Positions 43,901 to 52,900 of a stretch of DNA of 64,000 nt are shown here, piece after piece. Each line of letters begins with the position of its first letter. Position 1 is the first letter of the stretch. Made by a program: the position numbers and the translations under genes. Below the pieces are notes generated by a model. The model did no database searches, was not told where the DNA came from, and saw nothing but the letters and a program-made list of their open reading frames with translations. The stretch comes from Nitrosopumilaceae archaeon (GTDB lineage: Archaea > Thermoproteota > Nitrososphaeria > Nitrososphaerales > Nitrosopumilaceae): assembly GCA_965203465.1 (NCBI GenBank), contig CBDBCR010000003.1:32001-96000 (forward strand). Direction: 5' to 3'.

Positions 43901-46900
43901 AGCTCGCGGGGCTGGCCGCGTCGCCCCCCGAGACGCTCCAGGCGGCGAGCAGGTCGGCCGGAGAATCCGGGCTCTTTACGGGGCTCGTGAACTTTACGGC
44001 TATCTTGTCGAGCTCGGTGGCCCGTATCGAGGCGACGGCCGGGCGCCTCTCCTCCGATACGTCCGCCGACGAGGCCGGCAGGGCGTTGCCGGACGCGTCC
44101 GAGACGGCCGAGCCTGAATAGCCGACGCTCAGGCCCGATATGTCCTGGGGCATGTCGCGGTCCAGCCCTATAGCCATCGAGTCGGTCAGCGACGATAGCG
44201 ACGTGACCGACAGCGAGCGGGGTACCGAGAACGAGCCGTCGGCGTGCGAGAACGCCCAGTGCCCGGCCAGGTTGCCCGAGCCGCTCACCTGCTCGCCAAA
44301 GTCTATGATCACCGTCCGGTCTTCCGTGATCCTCGCCTCGAACGAGGGGGCCAAGCCGTCCGATATCGGTATGGAAGAGCGCGCCGCTAGGGCGTTGGAC
44401 GCCAAGTCCGCTATGGCCCCAGAGCCCGAGCCCGTGTCGCCGGGCACGTCTCCTGCGGAAGTCTTGTAGCGCAGCACCGCGTTGTCCGGGTCCGTATCCG
44501 CAAGGTTCCCCGAGAGCGTCAATACTATGGAGCTGTTTGCGGACGTGGCCGTGCTGGTATCGACCGCCAGGCCGTCGGCGTCGGTGCCCGATATAGACCA
44601 CCCTTGCGCGCTCGTGTCCTGCACCGTGAGCGGTTCGCTGAACGTCACCGTTATCCGGTTCAGTGCCGTGGCCTCGGCCGTGACGGTCGGGGCTATGCCG
44701 TCCGAGACGTCGATGTTGGTGGCAGAAGCGAGCTCGTTTGCGGTGCCCGCCTCGTCTGCCACGTCGCCTGCCGAGGAGTCGTAGGCCAGCTTTACGCCGT
44801 CCGGCTTCGTATCCAAGAGGCCGCCGTCGAGGGTCAGCACAAGCGTCGTCGAGCTGCCGGCAGAGATGTCCGAGCGCGTGTCCACCACGCGCGAATTCCA
44901 GTCGCCGCCCGATATCGACCAGCCGCCCGTCCCGGCGGTGCCGGTGGCCGTGACCGCCTCGCTGAAGGTGACGGTTATCTCGTCGAGGGCGGTGGCCCTC
45001 GCCGATTCTATCGTAGGCTTTACGCCGTCCGAGACGTCGATGTCCGTGGCCGAGGCGAGCTCGTTGGCGCTCGACGCGGTGTCTTGCACGTCGCCCGTCG
45101 AGGAATCGTACGCCAGCTTTACGCCCTCCGGCTTGGTGTCTAGCAGACCGCCGTTCAGTCTCAACACCAGCGTGTCCGAGGCGGTGGCCGATATGTCCGA
45201 GCGCGTGTCCACCACGCGCGAGTTGGAGTCGCCGCCCGATATCGACCAGCCTCCCGTCCCGGCGGTGCCGGTGGCCGTGACCGCCTCGCTGAAGGTGATG
45301 GTTATCTCGTTGAGGGCGGTGGCCACAACCGATTCTATCGTCGGCTTTACGCCGTCCGAGACGTCGATGTCCGTGGCCGAGGCGAGCTCGTTGGCGCTCG
45401 ACGCGGTGTCTTGCACGTCGCCCGTCGAGGAATCGTACGCCAGCTTTACGCCCTCCGGCTTGGTGTCTAGCAGACCGCCGTTCAGTCTCAACACCAGCGT
45501 GTCCGAGGCGGTGGCCGATATGTCCGAGCGCGTGTCCACCACGCGCGAGTTGGAGTCGCCGCCCGATATCGACCAGCCTCCCGTCCCGGCGGTGCCGGTG
45601 GCCTTTACGTCCTCACTGAACGTGACTGTTATCTCGTTGATGGCGGTGGCCTCTGCCGATATTATGGTCGGCTTTTGCCCGTCTGCCAGATTCTGCGAGA
45701 CGGTCGCCGTCCCCAGGGCGTTGCCCGACGCGTCGGTCACGGCCGCCCCGTCTATCGACATGGTGCCGGTAGCGCCGGTGCCGACAGGGCTCGCCGGCGA
45801 AAACTGGATCGTGTGCCTGTCCGTCGAACCGTTGGCCAGGCCCGAGACGGTGGCGGCGGCTCCGTCCACGGTGGCCGACAGGTAGTCGGCCTGCGCGGCC
45901 GTGACCTCCTCGCCGTACGCGACTTCTATCGTGGTCGGGCCGACTATGCGGGCCGACTCTACTTCCGGAGCTATGCCGTCCGATACGTCGACCGAGGCGT
46001 CGGCCAGCACCCGGGATTCGGCGTCCGATATGGACACGGTGGTGCCCTGGCTCGGCGTGGCGTCGAACGAAAGCACGACGCCGTCCGGCTTTGTGTCCGG
46101 CAGGCCGGAGCTGAGCGTGAACGTGAGCGTGCTGGTGCGGACGGCAAGCGACGAGACGGTTTGTACGCTCAAGCTCGCCGGGCTGGCCGCGTCGCCGCCC
46201 GATATGGACCAGGCCGAGAGGATGTCCGAGGCGCTGTCCGTGCTCGTGACGCCCCTCGTCAACTCGACAACGACGGTGTCGCGGTCGACGGCCGTGGCCG
46301 ACAGGATCGACGGCCTCCGGTCGTCCTGCACGGCCGTCGCCGGCGCGGCCGCCAGGACGAGGTTGGCGCCGTCGCTTATCGTGCCGCCGGCCGAGTACGC
46401 CAGTTTCAGATCCGTCGACGGGACGGGCACGTTTCCGTTCAGCGCGACGGTCATGGAGCCGGACGACGAGGCCAAGGACGATACGGACGATACGGCCAGG
46501 CCGGCCGCGTCGGCCCCGGACAGAGTCCAGTGCGACGCGGCGTTGTCCGGGCTGGACACGCCCTCGCTGAACGTCACCGTTATGGCGTTGTCGGCGGTCA
46601 GCCTGAACTCGGCGGTCGGCGGCAGGCCGTCGGACACCGGTATGCCCTGGCGCGCGGCAAGCGCGTTGGACGAAAGGTCGGTTATCGCGCCCGAGCCCGA
46701 ATTGGGGTCGCTCCCCACGTCGCCGCCCTCCGTCTTGTAGCGCAGCACCGCGTTGTCCGGGTCGGTGTCGGCGAGGTTGCCCGATAGCGTCAGCACTATC
46801 GAACTGTTTACGGACGTGGCCGTGCTCGCATCGACGGTGAGGCCGTCGGCGTCTGTGCCGGATATGGACCACCCCTGAGCGGTCGTGTCCGATATGGTCA

Positions 46901-49900
46901 GCGGCTCGCTGAACGTGACCGTTATCTTGTTCAGAGCCGTGGCCTCGGCGGTGACCGTCGGCGCTATGCCGTCCGATATGGGTATGTTTTGGCGCGCCTC
47001 CATCAGGTTGAGCGACGGGTCGGCTATGGAGCCCCCGCCCGAGCCCGGATCGCCGGCCAAGTCGATGCTCTCGGTCCTGTACCGGAGCACGGCGTTGTCC
47101 GGGTTGGTGTCCTCTAGGTTCCCCGAGAGGGTCAGCACGATAGAGTCCGAGTCTGCCGCCTGCGTGCTCGCATCGACGGTCAGGCCGTCCGCGTCGGTGC
47201 CCGATATAGACCAGCCCCGCGCGCTCTGATCCGTTATCGTGAGGTCTTCGCTGAACGTCACCGTTATCTGGTTGGGTGCCGTGGCCTCGGCCGTGACGGT
47301 GGGCTTTATGCCGTCGCCGGCGGCCGTCGCCGCGTACGTCGCAAGGTCGTTGCCCGACGTGTCCTCGATGTTGCCGCCCGAGTAGGCCACCGTTATGGAC
47401 GGCCGGGTGGTGTCGGCGATGTCCCCGTCCAGGTTCAGCGTGGCGCCCGTGCCGGATGCGGATTCGGTTATGCCCGATATCGAATCTACCGCAACGCCGC
47501 CCGCGTCGGTCCCCGATACGGCCCAGCCGAACGGGGCGGTGCCGGCCTCTGAGAGCCCCACCTCCTCGGAAAAGGCCACCTCGATCGTGCGGCGGTCGGT
47601 CACCTTTGTCGACTGAACCTCGGGGGCCTGCCCGTCGCCCAGAGTCCGCTGCAGCGCGCCGGCGCCCAGCGCGTTGCCGGACGCGTCGAGCACCCCCGCG
47701 GCGCCGATCGACAAAGAGCCCGTAGCGCCGGTGCCGGCCTCGTGGCCCGTGAACGAGAGCACGTGCGAGGCGCTCGTCTCGCCCGATATCGCGGACACCG
47801 CGCGCGGGGCCCCCTCCACCAGGACGGAGCCGTAGTCGGACAGCGCCGCGGTCACGGCCTCGCCGTACGAGACGGTTATCTGGTTGGGGCCGGTGACCCG
47901 CGAGGACGAGACCTGCGGCGCGAGGCCGTCCGATACCGGTATGGAAGAGCGCGCGGCAAGCGCGTTGGACGAGAGGTCGGTTATCGCGCCCGAGCCCGAA
48001 TTGGGGTCGCTGCCCACGTCGCCGCCCTCCGTCTTGTAGCGCAGCACCGCGTTGTCCGGGTCGGTGTCGGCGAGGTTGCCGGAGAGCGTCAGCACTATCG
48101 AACTGTTTACGGACGTGGCCGTGCTCGCATCGACGGTCAGGCCGTCCGCGTCGGTGCCGGATATGGACCACCCCTGAGCGGTCGTGTCCGATATGGTGAG
48201 GTCTTCGCTGAACGTGACCGTTATCTTGTTCAGAGCCGTGGCCTCGGCCGTCACGATCGGCGCGATGCCGTCGCCGGCCGCCGTGGCCGCGTAGGCCGCC
48301 AGATCGATGCCCGCCGTGTCCTCGATGTTGCCCCCAGAGTAGGCCACCGTTATGGACGGCCGGGTGGTGTCGGCGATGTCCCCGTCCAAGTTCAGCGTGG
48401 CGCCCGTGCCGGTTGCGGATTCCGTTATGTTGGATATGGAACTGACCTCGGCGCCGTCCGCGTCGGTACCCGATATCGTCCAGCCGAACGGCGCGGCGCC
48501 CGGACCCGACAGCCGGACCGGCTCGGAGAACAGCACCCAGACCGAGTTGCGCGAGGTCGCCGTGGCGGACAGCACGGCCGGGGCCGCGCCGTCCGATACG
48601 GGTATGTTTTGGCGCGCGGCCAGCGCGTTGGAGGCCGAATCGGCTATGGCCCCAGAGCCCGAGCCGGAGTCCGATCCGACGTCGGCCCCCGACGTCTCGT
48701 ACCTGAGCAGCACGCCGTCCGGCTTTGTGTCCGCCATGTTACCAGAGAGGGTCAGCACTATGGAACGGGCGCTGGCCGCGGCGGTGCTCGCGTCCACCGT
48801 CAGGCCGGAGGCGTCCGTGCCGGATACGGACCACCCTTGCGCGGTGGTGTCCGAGACGGTCAGCGGCTCGCTGAAGGTGACCCGTATCTTGTCCTGGGCC
48901 GTGGCCACGGCCGACGATATCGTCGGCGCCAGGTTCTCGGTGACGGCCACCGAAGAGCCTGCAAGGTCGATGTCGGCTGCGTCCTTTACGTCGCCCGCAG
49001 AGGCGTCGTACGACAGCGCCACCTCGCCTATCGGCACCGAAAAGGCCGGCGAGACGGTCAGCACGACCGAGCCGGAATCCGAGAGAGCCGGATAGCCCGT
49101 GATCGCGCGGCTGCCGGCGCCGGCCCCCGAGAGCGTCCAGGTGGAGCCGGGCGCCGTGGCCGTGCCAGATACGGGCTCGGAGAACGTGACTGTTATCTTG
49201 TCGGTCCCGTTGGACTCTGCGAGCAGTATAGCGGGGGCGATGCCGTCCGAGACGGAGGCGGACTGGCTCTGCATGGGGTTGTCCAGGGCGGTCGGATACG
49301 TCAGGGCCTGCGCTAGGCCGCCGCGATCGTTGTACTCGCCAAAGAATCTATCAACGTGCGTGAACAAAGACGCCCTGTCCCGGATGTCGCCGCCGCCCGA
49401 GCCGGCGTCGGCCCCCACATCGATCCCCGACGTCTCGTAGCGAATCTGCAGGCCGTCCGGCTTCGTGTCGGGCAGCGGGCCCGAGAGCCCCAGTGTGACC
49501 CGGTTTCCGTCGAGCCGCGTGCTGGAATCCACGGTGCGCGAGGCCGAATCCGTCCCGGATATCGACCACCCCTTGCCGTCAGTGTCTGAGGTGGTCACGC
49601 GCTCGTCAAAAGTCACCTGCACCGTGGTAAGGGACGTGGCCCTGACGCCGGATATCGACGGCGCTATGCCGTCGTCTATGGGCATGTTGCGTCGCGATCG
49701 TTCAGAAAACATCGTGTGTCCTGCCGGATCAGTTGCCCAATTCACGGGGACGCGGTGCGTTCCTGTCCACGAAGAGCCAAAAGAGCTGCAAGTCGATGTA
49801 ACCTCGATCGTGTCAGAGGTTTGGCCAAGGCCCGGTGTACGGCCGCTGGCTGCACCGCAACCTCCGGGAAAATCGATTATTGAATCGTGTGCAGAACGCG

Positions 49901-52900
49901 TCACAGGCTCGCTGAACTTGAACTCGATTATGTTCGGCGCTTTCGTCTTTGCTGAAAGCGTGGGCCTGATGCCGTCCTGTATTGGTATATTCTCGCGCGC
50001 GGCCAGCGCGTTGGAGTCCGAGTCCGCGATGGCGCCCGAGCCCGAGTCCGCGTCGCCGCCCACGTCCCCCGCCAAAACCTTGTAGCGCAGCACCGCGTTG
50101 TCCGGGTTGGTGTCGGCCAGGTTGCCCGAAAGCGTCAGCGTGACCCGGTTTCCGTTGAGCGCCGAGCTCCGGTCAACCGTGAGGCCGTCGGCGTCGGCGC
50201 CCGATACGGACCACCCTTGCGCGTTTGTCCCCGGCGCAGAGACGCGCTCGCTGAACGTGACCGTTATCGTGTTCAGGGAGGTGGCCCGCGCCGAAGAGAC
50301 GGTCGGCGCCAGATTCTGCGACACCGGGGCCGAGCCTGAAAGCGCCAGGCCGGCAGGATCGGCTATGTCGCCGGCAGAGTACGAGAGGGCCACCTGGCCG
50401 ATGGGCGAAGGGAACGCCGACGAGACTGTCAGGACTGTCTGGTCGGACCGCGAGGGCGCCTCGTAGGCTGTGACGGTGCGGCCGCCGGCGCCGGCCCCCG
50501 AAAGCGTCCAAGTGGAGCCGGGCGCCGTGGCGGTCCCCGAGACCGGCTCCGAAAAGGTCACGGTTATCTGGTCTGCTGCGCGCGAGACGGCCGACGATAC
50601 GGACGGCGCGATGCGGTCCGAGACGCGCGCGGACTGGTCGGCCATGGCCATGCCGTTGGCGTCGGCCAGCCTCACCGGCTGAAAGCCGGAAGGCGTGGAA
50701 TCGTAGTGAACCACGACGCCGTCCGGCGCCGTGTCCGGAAGGTCGGAGCTGAGCGTGAGGGTGAGCGTGCTGGTAAGGACCGTCAGCGACGACAGCCGGA
50801 GCACCGAATTGCCGGCCGCGTCGCCGCCCGAGACGCTCCACGCGCCGAGCAGGTCGGCCGGCGGGCTGGAGCTCTGTGCGGGCTGCGAGAGGGACACCAC
50901 GACGGTGTCCGGGGCAACGGCCGCTGCCGACGATATCTCCGGGGCCCGGTAGTCCGAGGCGGGCGCCGAGGCGGCGGCCAAGCGGTTGCCGGACGCGTCC
51001 GAGACGGTGCCGACCCCCAGATAGACTACGCTCAGGCCGGAGGCGTCCAGCGGAAGGGCCATGTTGAGATCGACGGTCATGGAGCCGGTCAGAGAGGCCA
51101 GCGACGAGGCCGACAGGGGGCCGAGCGCCTGGAACTGCCCGCCGGCGTGCGAAAACTCCCAGTGCAGGAAAGAGTTGTCCGAGCTTTGCACCGGCTCGCT
51201 GAACACGACGGTCACCTGCCTGTCTGCGGTGATCCTGGCCTCGAAGGCCGGCGCTACGCCGTCCGATACGGGTATGCTTTGGCGCGCGGCCAGCGCGTTG
51301 GACGACGAGTCCGTCACGGCCCCCGAGCCCGAGCCCGCGTCGGTACCCACGTCGGTCCCCGACGTCTCGTACCTGAGCAGCACGCCGTCGGGCCCCGTGT
51401 CCGCCAGGTCCCCCGAGAGCGTCAAGACCACCGTCGTCGAGCCCGACGAGATGTCAGAGCTGGCCGCGACGTGGCGCGAGGCCGAATCGGTCCCCGATAT
51501 GGACCATCCCAGCCCTGTTTGATCGGCAGTCTTTACGGTCTCGCTGAACGTCACCGTTATCCTGTCCAGGGCGGTGGCCTCGGCCGACAGTATCGCAGGC
51601 GCGGCCCCGTCGGTGCCGACGACCACGGCCACGCCGCCGGTCTCTGCCGCTATGGCGTTGGCGGTCGGCGATATCACGTCCGAGATGGCGCCGGCGGCCA
51701 CGTACAGGTGCGGGCCGGTCATGGCCAGAACCGCCTGGCGGTTGGCCTCTGAGAGCCGGAACTTTAGCGTCAGCCCGTCGGACTGGCCCGCCTGCACCTC
51801 GGCTGCGGACAGCGAGACCTCGCCGGCCGAGCCGTCGGCTGCCCCCGAGCCGGGCCGTATCTCGAATCCGGCGCCGTCCGCGCCGGACACGTCGACGGTC
51901 TCGTCGAACGTGACCGTGAGGACGCCGGTGCCCCCGTCCAGGGAGGCAGATTCCACCTCGGGCTTTACGGCGTCCGGCGTGTCGGCTATCTCGGTGGCCG
52001 AAGAGGCGGGGGCGTTGTTGTTCGAAGAATCCTTCGTGACGCCGGCCTCGAGGCGCACGTGCGGCTCGGCGTACCCGATGACCGACTGCCTGAGGGCCTC
52101 GGTCAGTTTTATCCTGATCTGCGCGTCGGCCAGCACGACGGCGGTGACCGCCGAGCCGCTCAGCGCGGTGCCGCCGGCGCCGTCGCCGTCGCGCACGAAG
52201 ATCTTGGCCAGATCAACGGACGCGCCGTCGCCCACGTGCTCGTCGAAGTTGAGGTTGAGCACGCCGGTCCCCTCGTCGACGGACGCCGAGACCAGTACCG
52301 GGCCCGTGGTGTCGGCCGCGGGCCTGGGCGCGGACTTGGTCACGGTCGCCAGCGCCGCGTCGGTGCCCGACGCCTTGAAGGCGTTGGCGGCTATCACCAC
52401 TTCCGAGTCGGCGGTTATATCCTTCATGGATTCCTTTTGCGCCGGGCTCAGCCCTATGTCCTTCATGGATTCCTTTTGCGCCGGGCTCAGCCCTATGGTG
52501 GCCACCGCGCCGCTGATCGAAAGCGAGGACGTCGAGTCGAGCGTCGTCCCTCCGGATTTGCCTTCCTCCCGCACGGTTATCTTCCCGAGCGCGTCGGCGC
52601 TGCTGGTGTGCGCCTCGATGTTCTGGTCGAACGTGAGGGTCAGCTTGCCCGCGTGCCGGCTGCCGCCCTGCTCGAAGTTGTTCAGGTCGATTGCAGCCGA
52701 GTCGAGCACGGGCAGCAGGACCAGCCGGGCCGAGGCGTCGGTGTTTGTGTTGAACGCGGCGTCGGCCACGGCGCCCTCTTCGAGGTGGATGTACGGGTCC
52801 GCGTAGCTGTTTACATCGTCTAGCGCGCTATTGTCGAGCACTATCGTGACGGTGCTAAGGTTGTCGGCCGAGGTGAGTTGCGAGCTGGTCAACATCGTGC

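Noticed and set aside
37300-49960. Diversity-generating retroelement as the source of the variable modules
   Set aside because: No reverse transcriptase in the window; differences include indels and are not adenine-specific; no TR/VR pair seen
26694-52823. Many long plus-strand ORFs opposite the giant gene
   Set aside because: Antisense shadows of a GC-rich, Ser/Ala/Thr-rich repeat gene; they mirror its repeats and lack independent motifs
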